Below, in pieces: positions 18,179 through 27,247 of a stretch of DNA of 64,000 bases. A program made the position numbers and the translations under genes. The stretch covers positions 288,001 to 352,000 of the forward strand of contig JBFWWG010000001.1 in the NCBI GenBank assembly GCA_050246315.1. The letters are read 5' to 3'. Under the pieces are notes generated by a model. It saw nothing but the letters and a program-made list of their open reading frames with translations, did not search any database and had not been told where the DNA came from. The stretch is from Nitrospiraceae bacterium (lineage in GTDB: Bacteria > Nitrospirota > Nitrospiria > Nitrospirales > Nitrospiraceae). Numbering within the stretch: the stretch's first letter is position 1; the number at the start of each line of letters is the position of its first letter.

Positions 18179-19396
18179 ATGACACCATCGAATACACGGA
18201 TGAACGACGCCGGCATGCAGGAGAGAGCCGGTCTGTCCAGGCGGGACTTTCTCGTCAGAGGAGGCTCAGCGCTGGCCCTATTGGCGATGATCGATTCTCC
18301 ACTGTTTGCGCGGATGGCCGGTGCGGCGGATGACGGAGAAATCATCCCGTTTCTGGACCGGCCGCCCGCCCCGCCGGACGCGGCTGTCAAAGCGTACGGG
18401 GAACTGAACCGACTGGACTGGCAGCAGTTGACCCAGTGGATCACGCCGAATGATCAGTTCTTCACCGTGAGCCATTACAACCGTCCGGTGATCCGGCCGG
18501 AAGAGTACAAGCTCGAGCTGACCGGCCTGGTAAGAAATCCCAAGACCTTCTCCCTTGCTGAGTTGAAACGGCGTCCGCGGCAAGAAGTCGTCTTCACTCT
18601 CGAATGTGCAGGCAATCACGGATTCGAGTGGTTCACCGGCGGCATCGGCACCGCCAAATGGGCTGGGACGCCGCTTGCGCCGCTGCTGCAGGAGGCCGGT
18701 CTGAAGCCGGAGGGTCTGGAGGTCATCTTCTTCGGCGCGGATGCGGGAGAGGAGGAGGTGCGGAACGTCAAGATGCGCCAGGAGTTCAGCCGCAGCTTGT
18801 CGGTGCCTGACGCCCTGCGCCCAGACGTGCTGCTGTGTTACGAAATGAATGGCGAACCGCTGCCGCAAGAGCACGGTTTTCCGGTCCGGCTCATCGTGCC
18901 GGGCTGGTACGGAGTGGCGAACGTGAAGTGGCTGTCACGAGTCGAGGTCACGGACAGGCGGTGGGCCGGCCGGTTCATGACGCGCGACTATGTGACGATT
19001 CGTGAGGAGGGACGCCCCGACGGCAAAACGGTCTGGACGCAAAAAGTCGTGGGGCCGGCGCGCGTCAAGTCCGTGACGGCGCGGGTCGTCCTTCGAGGCG
19101 GCCATTATCAGATCGAGGGCGCGGCCTGGGGAGGACCGATCGACCGGGTCGAAGTCCGGGTGGATAACGGACCCTGGCTTCCCGCCACTATCACGCGCGG
19201 CAACGAGCAAGACTTCGCCTGGAAGTTTTGGACTCTCAACTGGACCGGCATCACTCATGGCGAACATACCATCACATCACGGGCTGTGGATCGGCTTGGC
19301 AACGTCCAGCCTGCCGCGGATGATCCGTACTTGAAGAAGAAACACACCTACTGGGAGAGCAACGGACAGATCACCAGGCGGATCCGGATCGCCTAA
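18179..19396 (+). CDS. Tat-exported sulfite oxidase-family molybdoenzyme
   Basis: SRRDFL Tat motif, LECAGN Mo-ligating Cys, HGFPVRLIVPGWYGVANVKWL, C-terminal dimerisation domain. Confidence 0.9.
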   Translation: MTPSNTRMNDAGMQERAGLSRRDFLVRGGSALALLAMIDSPLFARMAGAADDGEIIPFLDRPPAPPDAAVKAYGELNRLDWQQLTQWITPNDQFFTVSHYNRPVIRPEEYKLELTGLVRNPKTFSLAELKRRPRQEVVFTLECAGNHGFEWFTGGIGTAKWAGTPLAPLLQEAGLKPEGLEVIFFGADAGEEEVRNVKMRQEFSRSLSVPDALRPDVLLCYEMNGEPLPQEHGFPVRLIVPGWYGVANVKWLSRVEVTDRRWAGRFMTRDYVTIREEGRPDGKTVWTQKVVGPARVKSVTARVVLRGGHYQIEGAAWGGPIDRVEVRVDNGPWLPATITRGNEQDFAWKFWTLNWTGITHGEHTITSRAVDRLGNVQPAADDPYLKKKHTYWESNGQITRRIRIA

Positions 19397-19496
19397 GAGG
19401 CGTGGAAGCGCGACAGGAAAGGAGCGCGGAACCTGGATTTCATTCCGACGTGGTTGAGGGCTGAAAAATGAAGAGGGTGTGGGTTCAAGGCGCGAG

Positions 19497-19640
19497 CCCG
19501 CAGTATTCATGACGGTTCGTCACGTTCCACCTGTCGCTTGGGCCCGTTGCAACTGGCCGAGCAGTGGGTGCCCCGCGGGGTATCGGCCTGCCTCTCGGCA
19601 GGCAGGCGGCTGCAGGAGCAGCGTTCATAAACAAGGTGGG
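19497..19640. mobile_element. degenerate MITE type B copy, inverted
   Basis: Ends CCCGCAGTATTCATGA and TCATAAACAAGGTGGG; both subterminal regions align with 11058-11294. Confidence 0.65.
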
Positions 19641-19851
19641 TTGGGTCTGCTATGAAATTCGAACCCTGCCGTGCGAGCGACCAATGCGGCAGATTTTGGA
19701 GTGCTTGAAGAGGGAGGTGCAACCTCTCGCCGCCACTTCGGCTTGATGAACCTCAACACAACAAACAGGGTCCGATCCTGCTCAGCGCGCTCGGCTGCCT
19801 CCGCCCCATCGGTTTTGAGCAGTCAATTGAATGATTTAGAGGTTGACCCTG

Positions 19852-21918
19852 CTACCGCGGCCGCGTGATCCCCAGTCTCTGCATTTTGGATTGGAGGGTG
19901 GTGCGCTTCATGCCGAGGCGGGCCGCCGCGCCGGCCGCGCCGCCGATCGTCCAGTTCGTCTCGCGCAGGGCCTTGAGGATGTGGTCCCGTTCCGCCTCCT
20001 CCAGCGTGGTGGGGGCGCCGTTACCGGAGGCAGGCTGGTGGGGTTTCAATTCCGAGATGGGCACGAACAGGTCCGCTCCCGCGGTGAGAATGACGGCCCT
20101 CTCGATGAAATTCTCCAGCTCTCGGATGTTGCCGGGCCACGAATAGCGTTGAAGCGTCTTCATCGCCTCGGCTGGAATCGTCTCGATCCGCTTTTTCATC
20201 CTCATGCCGAACTTCTGGACGAAGTGGCGGACGAGTATGGGAATGTCCTCGACTCGCTCCCGGAGCGGCGGCACGGTGACCGGAAAGACGTTCAGCCGAT
20301 AGTAGAGATCGCTCCGAAACTGCTGCTCCTCGACCATCTTCGCCAGGTCGCGGTTGGTGGCGGCGACGACGCGCACATCCACTCTGATCGTCCGGGTGCT
20401 GCCCAGCCGCTCGAACTCCTGCTCCTGCAACACCCGCAAGAGTTTGACTTGCAGCTCCAGCGGGATTTCCCCCACCTCGTCGAGGAAGATCGTCCCACGG
20501 TCCGCCAGCTCGAAGCGCCCGATCTTGGTGCTGATGGCCCCGGTAAAGGCCCCCTTCTCGTGTCCGAACAGCTCGCTTTCCAAAAGACCGGTCGGGATGG
20601 CGGCGCAGTTGAGCTTGACGAAGGTCCGGTCCTTCCGTTCGCCGAGATTGTGCAGCGCGCGAGCAATCAGTTCCTTGCCGCTCCCGGTTTCGCCGAGAAT
20701 CAAGACCGTGGAATCGGTCGGCGCGACCGTTTGCACCTGCTTGAGCAGCCGTTTCAGGGGCTTGCTGTCACCGACGATCTCGTCGAAGTTGTAGGCGGTC
20801 TGAATTTCCTCTTCGAGATAGAGCTTCTCCTTCGCCAGCCGGTCCTTCAGTTTCGTGATCTCCTGATAGGCGAGGGCGTTCTCCACAGCCAGCGCAACCT
20901 GGCCGGCGACCTGACTGAGGAAGTCGACGTCGGGTTCGGAAAAGGCCTCTGCGCGGCGACTCGCCAGGTTCAGACACCCGATGGCGCGGTCCCGGGATAG
21001 AAGCGGAAGAGAGCAGATCGACTTGAAGCCCTTTCCGACGAGCAACCGGACCACGTCGTGTCCGAACGTCGCGAGCTTCTCCTCCCCTACGACCACAGGA
21101 CGCTTGGTGCGCAGGGCGACCGCGGCGGGCGAGCCGGTCGCGCCGGCTGTCAGGCCTTCGGCGAGCAGACCATCGTTGTCTGGAAAATCCAACGCGTGGA
21201 GGCGTAAGCGGTCCTGCTCCCCGTCGTAGAGCACCAGGCTCGCATACTCCTGCGGGACGATCTCGCGCAGGGAGAGACTCACCGCGCTGAACAGCTCGCG
21301 CAGCTCCAGTTTTGAGACCATCGCGTTGGTCATCCGGAGCAGGAGGCCGAACCGGTCTCGCTGCCGTTCGACATCAAGCCGGGACGCCGAGGCGGCCTCC
21401 CGGTTGAGCACGTTATCCACCGCCACGGCCACTTGCCGTGCCACCTGCTGCAAGAGGTCCAGATCGGTCTTTCCATAGGCGTCGGTCTGGAGACTGGCGA
21501 ACTCCAGCACGCCAAGCCTCCGTGTTGGGCTGGTCAACGGCAGGAGGCAGCAGGATCGTATGCCGTCTTCCTGCATGAGCGCGATGACCATCGGCCACCG
21601 GCGCTCGTCCGACAGCTCTCGAATGAACAGCGGCTGCTGCGTCTCCCAGACCAGTCCGGCCGGTGTCGCATCCAGTGTGTGCTCCTGCCCGCCGATGATG
21701 TCGGCCGGCACATTGGCCTCCAGACTATGGAGGCGCATCACCTCCCGCTCCGGATCGTAGAGCGACAATGCGACGAAATTCACCGGAATGATGCGGGGCA
21801 GGCGTTGCGCCAGATCCTTCAACAGCGCGGGGAGATCCGGATGGCGGGCGATCGCCTCGGACACCTCCAGGAGGGCCTGATACTGTTCGATTATGGGATG
21901 GGATTCCTGCATGGACAT
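19852..21918 (-). CDS. FhlA/HyfR-like sigma-54 activator (2 GAF + AAA+ + HTH)
   Basis: Two GAF domains, GETGSGKE, HEKGAFTGA, GAAARLGMKRTTLQSKM. Confidence 0.93.
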   Translation of the reverse strand: MSMQESHPIIEQYQALLEVSEAIARHPDLPALLKDLAQRLPRIIPVNFVALSLYDPEREVMRLHSLEANVPADIIGGQEHTLDATPAGLVWETQQPLFIRELSDERRWPMVIALMQEDGIRSCCLLPLTSPTRRLGVLEFASLQTDAYGKTDLDLLQQVARQVAVAVDNVLNREAASASRLDVERQRDRFGLLLRMTNAMVSKLELRELFSAVSLSLREIVPQEYASLVLYDGEQDRLRLHALDFPDNDGLLAEGLTAGATGSPAAVALRTKRPVVVGEEKLATFGHDVVRLLVGKGFKSICSLPLLSRDRAIGCLNLASRRAEAFSEPDVDFLSQVAGQVALAVENALAYQEITKLKDRLAKEKLYLEEEIQTAYNFDEIVGDSKPLKRLLKQVQTVAPTDSTVLILGETGSGKELIARALHNLGERKDRTFVKLNCAAIPTGLLESELFGHEKGAFTGAISTKIGRFELADRGTIFLDEVGEIPLELQVKLLRVLQEQEFERLGSTRTIRVDVRVVAATNRDLAKMVEEQQFRSDLYYRLNVFPVTVPPLRERVEDIPILVRHFVQKFGMRMKKRIETIPAEAMKTLQRYSWPGNIRELENFIERAVILTAGADLFVPISELKPHQPASGNGAPTTLEEAERDHILKALRETNWTIGGAAGAAARLGMKRTTLQSKMQRLGITRPR

Positions 21919-22119
21919 CGTGGCCGATGCACCACGTTGCGCGCCGACGCGATCGGCGCCGGCCCATTATAGGAGGAAGGGGCTTCTTGGCGCCACCGGG
22001 CGGCGCGCATGGTCTTGCGGGTGAGCCGGCGGAGTCTGAAGGTTGCCGGATGGAGAGCGTAAGGGGCGGTGACCCGGTGGACCCGTTTCCCCCGCATCGC
22101 GTGAAGCCTACATCTTCGA

Positions 22120-22602
22120 CTACTTGATTATCTGAATGGTCCCGCCAAGATGGACGATCCGAATCGTTCCGCCTGGATCACTGTCCCCTCGATGCAAGGG
22201 GCAGAAGAATCGAAACTCTGCTCCTTGTCCTAAAGGAACGACTTGGAATTGCTCCGTGCCGAGCACGACTCGAATGGTTTCCTCCGGGGCTATCGTGACC
22301 CGCAAGGGCCTCGCATCAACCGACCCATTCTCATGGACAATCTGTTCCTCAAGGCCCTCGACGAAAAACACGTGCGTACGAGCGGTGGGGTTCTCCAGGA
22401 TGAAGCTCACTCCTCCGTTCAAATCCGTGTCCCGGTGAATCACCACCTGTTCGGGAAGCCAGGCCGCAGTGTTGTCCGGCAAGTCCATAACCGTGAAGTG
22501 GAACTCCCCGCCACGGGCATCATGTGGGTCGGCAGCAAGGAACAGGCCTGCCCAGACGGTCAACGTCCCGAGCAAGGACCATCGCGCGACGAACGTTTTC
22601 AT
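22120..22602 (-). CDS. secreted cupredoxin-like protein (nitrosocyanin-like group)
   Basis: Signal peptide; NPTARTHVF and FFCPLHRGDSDPGGTIRIV; paralog of 22674 and 47880. Confidence 0.75.
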   Translation of the reverse strand: MKTFVARWSLLGTLTVWAGLFLAADPHDARGGEFHFTVMDLPDNTAAWLPEQVVIHRDTDLNGGVSFILENPTARTHVFFVEGLEEQIVHENGSVDARPLRVTIAPEETIRVVLGTEQFQVVPLGQGAEFRFFCPLHRGDSDPGGTIRIVHLGGTIQIIK

Positions 22603-22673
22603 AAGCCGATTTGCTCCTTCTGTCGGCGTGAAGTCCGCTTACCTACCGACAAGCCAACGCCGGCGGTCAGCAA

Positions 22674-23147
22674 CTACGGAAGCACCCGGATCGTTCCCCC
22701 CAGGTGGGCATTTCCCTTATGGAGCGGACAAAAGAATGGGAACTGCTCCTCGCCTTTCAAGTCGTCGATCGCCCCTCCTAGCGTTGAAAACTGCACCGTG
22801 CTGATTTGTACCCTCACCGTATCTTCCGGTGTGACATTGACCCGCAACGGTTTCCTCGTAAGTTCTCCGCCCGCACCCATGACTTCTTCGAACAGTCCGT
22901 AGCCGGCAAACGCATGGGTGCGATCCGTCGGATTGTCCAGCACGAACACCAACCCGTCCTGCATCTCCGTGCTGCGGTGAATCACCACCTCCTGCGGCAC
23001 CCACAGGGCCCGCTTGTCGCCGATCTCCTGCACCACGAAGTGAAACTCCGCAGCCCAGGTCGGGCTCCAGAGAAGCAACACCCCGAACAGGGCTGTCGCC
23101 ACCCACCGATGCAGCAGCGGGTGTGGGCGTGGGCGCATCATGAGCAT
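22674..23147 (-). CDS. secreted cupredoxin-like protein with C-x2-H-x4-H loop
   Basis: Signal peptide ending TWA; NPTDRTHAF; FFCPLHKGNAHLGGTIRV. Confidence 0.8.
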   Translation of the reverse strand: MLMMRPRPHPLLHRWVATALFGVLLLWSPTWAAEFHFVVQEIGDKRALWVPQEVVIHRSTEMQDGLVFVLDNPTDRTHAFAGYGLFEEVMGAGGELTRKPLRVNVTPEDTVRVQISTVQFSTLGGAIDDLKGEEQFPFFCPLHKGNAHLGGTIRVLP

Positions 23148-23216
23148 AACGCCCTCTCCATCTCCTCCTCGGCATCGCGGTGACGACACTGACCGGGGTT
23201 CTGTGCCCATAGGTTA

Positions 23217-23288
23217 TGGTTAACCATTCGCCTCCCTCTGGACAATGAGATGAACACATCATTGCGTTGGTGAGTGATTCTCACCAAC
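23217..23288 (-). promoter_or_regulatory. tandem operator + sigma70-type promoter, copy 1
   Basis: + strand AATGAGATGAACACATCATT(23244-23263)-N5-GGTGAGTGATTCTCACCAAC; minus strand TTGTCC-17-TAACCA (weak -10). Confidence 0.65.
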
Positions 23289-23541
23289 GCGCTCACGTCC
23301 AGGCTTTCCCATCGGATACCTCGACCTTGCGCACCTGCTTGATACGCCGTTGTCGTACCACTGCCCCGTGGGGCGGGTCAGCCACCGAGAGACATGCCCG
23401 GCACGTGGCGGACCGACTCCTTTCAGGATGGTTCAGATACGACAACCGCGACGGATGAACCGTTCTGTGGCGCACTGGAGTCGGACGGAGGGAATTTGGC
23501 TTTCGTCCTGCTCTCGCATTGTCAGGACCATTGGGCAATGC

Positions 23542-24246
23542 TTACCCTTGTGGTGCGGATCTACCAGGGGGAAACGCGATGGCGAGGGCCTGGAGACGGC
23601 TATGCGCTCCGAGTTTTTCGAGAATGTGCTGAATGTGGTTCCGTACGGTCACAGAACTGATATAGAGCGTGTCGGCAATTTCTTTGGATGTTTTCCCAAC
23701 CGCCAGGAGGCGCAGCACCTCCTTCTCTCGCTCACTCAACGGCAAGGCGCCTGAGACAGCCGGCAGTGCCTCGGCCTCCCGTGAAACAGGGCGTTTGTGT
23801 GTGGTTTCAGACACCGCCTTGGCCCCAGGCGTCGACAAGAGAGCATGGAGTTCCTCGGCCAGTCGCAGCACCTTGATTTGCTTGCTGATGTCTCGAAAGA
23901 GATGCATCGCCAGGAACCGACCCTTTTTTCGAGAGGGAACGGGAAGCGAACTGATGTTGATCCAGATGACACGGCCGGACTTTGCATGGGTCTGCATGTC
24001 ATAGTTTCGAACCCCGCCACCGCCGGCGAGCTTGCTGCCGATCGCGCAGGAGGGCGAACACAGCGGTTGGCCACCCAATGTTTCTCCGCACAGAACCTCA
24101 CGGCAGGGACGGCCGATCACGTCCTGAGCGCGAAATCCTAACAATCGCTCGGCGGCCTTGTTCCAGAGGATCACGTTGCCGTCTTCATCCACCAGCATGG
24201 CGCCGTCGGCGGTTCTCGACACCATCGTCATAACCGAGCGGTCCAT
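23542..24246 (-). CDS. PAS-LuxR(HTH) one-component regulator
   Basis: PAS (WNKAAERLLGF..DVIGRPC) + LSEREKEVLRLLA..IADTLYIS..TVRNHIQHILEKLG. Confidence 0.92.
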   Translation of the reverse strand: MDRSVMTMVSRTADGAMLVDEDGNVILWNKAAERLLGFRAQDVIGRPCREVLCGETLGGQPLCSPSCAIGSKLAGGGGVRNYDMQTHAKSGRVIWINISSLPVPSRKKGRFLAMHLFRDISKQIKVLRLAEELHALLSTPGAKAVSETTHKRPVSREAEALPAVSGALPLSEREKEVLRLLAVGKTSKEIADTLYISSVTVRNHIQHILEKLGAHSRLQALAIAFPPGRSAPQG

Positions 24247-24305
24247 CCGTCCTCCCGGTGTCGCGTCCGGATTGTTGCCAGATTATACAGGAAAATACAT
24301 CCTAA

Positions 24306-24435
24306 CAGGCTGCGGAAAACGCGATTTGTGTGCTTCGACAGGCTCAGCACGATCGGAAAACACCAGTATATTCAATGACTGCTCCGTTCGTCCTGAGGCT
24401 CTCGAAGGATGAACGGAGGGTTTTTCCGCAGCCTG
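24306..24435. mobile_element. MITE type C (130 bp) carrying REP-like palindromes
   Basis: 14-bp TIR CAGGCTGCGGAAAA / TTTTCCGCAGCCTG with CTAA direct repeats (24302-24305, 24436-24439). Confidence 0.85.
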
Positions 24436-24562
24436 CTAATCGCCCGTGATCAGCCGTTCGCTGATCGTGGCCCTTCCTCGATCTCGGGAGCTGCCATCAG
24501 AACGATGCGGATCTCTGTCTCGGTATGCTTCTGCTGGCATCTTATCGCAACGCGCAATGCGT

Positions 24563-24634
24563 CCTGGTGTGGCCGACTCATTCAAAAAATGATGCGTCTG
24601 TCTCATTGCCGGGAGATGATCGTCCGACTATGCT
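24563..24634 (+). promoter_or_regulatory. tandem operator + sigma70-type promoter, copy 2
   Basis: CCTGGTGTGGCCGACTCATT-N5-AATGATGCGTCTGTCTCATT(24588-24607); TTGCCG-17-TATGCT. Confidence 0.75.
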
Positions 24635-24852
24635 TTGAGCATGGATCAACCGGCTTGTAGACGTGCTCGGACCTATCGAGCAGGGGAGAAAGGGGGAGCG
24701 GCGGCCAGGCGAAGTATTCGTCGTCGAGAAGGAGGTGAGGGATGGGGACGAGGAGTGCGGGAATGCATGGTTGAAGCAGCGAAGAAGGAACGCGAGAGTC
24801 GCTTGTACAATGAGCGGCTGCAGCGAGCATCCGGAGAGGAAGGAGAAGCCCC

Positions 24853-25362
24853 ATGAGAATGAGAGGATGCCATAAGGCCATGTTGGCGGTTCCCCTCGCG
24901 CTGGTTACCCTGTCGCTGTCGGGAATCGGAATCGGCAGTGCCAATGCCCAGGCGCCCGGGATGGCCCCTCCGGTCCCAGAGTTGACCATTGTGATTAAAG
25001 ACCGGGATCATGGGTATGAGCTGTTGAAGGGGACGGCGATGGCGGGGTCGCTGATGAAAATCACCGTTCGTAACGAGGACTCGGTCACGCATGGATTTGC
25101 GTCGCGTCTGTTCGAAGGCATCACGGTCAAGATGGAAGGGCAGGGCAAGGAGGTCACGGGAAAGAAGCTCAAGAGCTTTCACCTTGAGCCGGGACAGGTC
25201 ATGACGCTCACCTTCACCAAGACGTCGGCCATCGAGCCCGCAGGCTTGTACGGGGGAAACGAAGCCTATACGCAGTACCACACCATCTGGTGCGACATTC
25301 ACCCGGAGGTGCGGGGGGAGTTGCTGGTCGTTGAAACTTCTGGTGTGCCGGGAGCGGGATGA
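24853..25362 (+). CDS. secreted cupredoxin-like protein (H...C-x2-H-x2-V)
   Basis: Signal peptide ending ANA; NEDSVTHGF; WCDIHPEVRGELLVV; close paralog at 49022. Confidence 0.82.
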   Translation: MRMRGCHKAMLAVPLALVTLSLSGIGIGSANAQAPGMAPPVPELTIVIKDRDHGYELLKGTAMAGSLMKITVRNEDSVTHGFASRLFEGITVKMEGQGKEVTGKKLKSFHLEPGQVMTLTFTKTSAIEPAGLYGGNEAYTQYHTIWCDIHPEVRGELLVVETSGVPGAG

Positions 25363-25620
25363 GTTCCGCGCGTGACATCCGTTGAGAAGCGTTGCGGCCC
25401 TGGTCGGCGCGTCGGCTACACGGCGCACGGCCGGGGCCGCGGCATGTCCTCCTCACGAGCGGGGAAGACGACAGGAGGGTGTGGGCCGCTCGTCGCTTAG
25501 CCTTGGTTATGGAGGGTGGAATCACTTCTCGACGAAGGGTGAGATCCGACGAGTCAGGGTGTCCGGTTTTTTCCGCCGATCCATACGCTTGAGGAGGTGC
25601 ACGTTATATAATGGACTGAG

Positions 25621-27216
25621 ATGCGCCTGGCTCCCTTCCTGTTCCAACGGCTCTTCGACCTCGGTGCCGCCCATGCGTTCGGCATCCCGGGTGATCACGT
25701 GCTCCCCCTGTATGAAGCGCTAGGAGACAGTCCTCTCCGCTCGATTCTGACCACACATGAACCCTCAGCCGGGTTTGCAGCCGATGCCTATGCGCGCCTT
25801 AAAGGGATCGGCGTGGCGATCGGCACCTATGGCGCCGGCGCCCTCAATATGGTGAATCCGATCGCGCAGGCCTATGCCGAGAAGTCGCCGGTCGTCGTAC
25901 TGAGCGGTGCGCCCGACATGGCGGGACGGGACCCGGACCTGTTGATTCATCATAAGGTCAAGACGTTCAACACGCATCTCCGCGTCTACCAAGAGGTGAC
26001 CGCGGCCAGCGCGGCTCTGGAAGATCCCACGACGGCCGCTCGCGAGATCACGCGTGTGCTCGATACGGTGCAGCACGAAAAGCAGCCGGGGTATTTGGAA
26101 ATCCCTCGTGACATGACCTGGGCCGACATCGACCCAACCGAGGCAGGGGTGCCCGTTGCACCACGGCCGGATCAGGCAGCCAGGGCGGAGGCCTTGCAGG
26201 AGATTGTCGCTCGCCTCAACCGGAGCCGGAGCCCCGTGATCCTGGCTGGCATCGAGGTCGTGCGACTGGGTCTTCGGAATCATCTGATTCGGCTCGCCGA
26301 GCGCTACAACCTGCCGGTCGCCACTTCGTTCACGGGGAAGGCGGTCTTTCCCGAGCATCATCCGAATTTCATCGGGACTTATATGGGCGCAGCCGGGCAT
26401 CCCTATGCGCGGCAGATGGTCGAAGCATCGGATTGTCTTCTCCTGTTGGGAGTCTGGTTGACCGACACGGAGACCGGACGATTCACCAGCCTGATCGCTC
26501 GTGACACCTTGGTCCAGGCGCTGGCTCACGAGGTTCGTATCAGCCGGCATCAGTATCGACATACTGGACTCGCCGAGGTCCTGCCATCCTTACTGGAATC
26601 TTCCGAGATCAAGCCGCGGGAATTTCGCAACGACTACGTACCGGAGCCGCTCGACACGAACGGCCGGTCCCTCGTGGCCTCGGTCTTCTCAGAATTGAGC
26701 CGCTTGGACGATCGTCGCTATATCTTCACGACGGACTCCGGCGATTGTTTGTTCGGGTCGGTCGCGTTGAATGCCGAAACGATCCTGAACCCGGGCTACT
26801 ACAGCAGTATGGGGTTCGGGGTGCCGGCTGCATTGGGTGCGGGGCTGGCGGTCCCGAACTGCCGGCCGGTGGCGCTGGTGGGAGACGGCGGGTTCCAGAT
26901 GACCGGCATGGAGCTTGGGACATTGGTTCGATATGGGGTCGATGCGATCATCATTGTGCTCAATAACGGAGGGTATCGATGTCTGGAGGCGTTGGGGGAG
27001 AGACGGGCTGCGTGGGATATCCATCCCTGGGATTACGTGGCTGTGGCCAGAGCCTTGGGAGCCGAGGGTACAAGGGTGCGCACATTCGACGAGTTCAGCC
27101 GTGCACTGCGGCGGGCCTGTGAAGGAACCGGCGTGTCGATGATTGAGGCCGTGCTCGGTCCTGAAGATATCTCACCCACACTCCGGAGGCTGAGCGGGAC
27201 GGCCGGCCCGTCATGA
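25621..27216 (+). CDS. TPP-dependent 2-oxoacid decarboxylase (indolepyruvate/phenylpyruvate decarboxylase-like)
   Basis: FGIPGD, HEPSAGFAADAYAR, LIHH, GDGGFQM...LNNGG TPP motif. Confidence 0.88.
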   Translation: MRLAPFLFQRLFDLGAAHAFGIPGDHVLPLYEALGDSPLRSILTTHEPSAGFAADAYARLKGIGVAIGTYGAGALNMVNPIAQAYAEKSPVVVLSGAPDMAGRDPDLLIHHKVKTFNTHLRVYQEVTAASAALEDPTTAAREITRVLDTVQHEKQPGYLEIPRDMTWADIDPTEAGVPVAPRPDQAARAEALQEIVARLNRSRSPVILAGIEVVRLGLRNHLIRLAERYNLPVATSFTGKAVFPEHHPNFIGTYMGAAGHPYARQMVEASDCLLLLGVWLTDTETGRFTSLIARDTLVQALAHEVRISRHQYRHTGLAEVLPSLLESSEIKPREFRNDYVPEPLDTNGRSLVASVFSELSRLDDRRYIFTTDSGDCLFGSVALNAETILNPGYYSSMGFGVPAALGAGLAVPNCRPVALVGDGGFQMTGMELGTLVRYGVDAIIIVLNNGGYRCLEALGERRAAWDIHPWDYVAVARALGAEGTRVRTFDEFSRALRRACEGTGVSMIEAVLGPEDISPTLRRLSGTAGPS

Positions 27217-27247
27217 TGAGAGCGACGGCCCTTCGGTGGACAGGTCG

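Noticed and set aside
19843..21000. Long antisense ORFs (also 2869-3909, 27485-28897, 43294-44457, 52971-54584, 57539-59200)
   Set aside because: Shadow frames of well-supported genes in GC-rich DNA
23542..24246. AHL quorum-sensing LuxR
   Set aside because: The N-terminal domain is PAS, not autoinducer-binding, and no luxI is present
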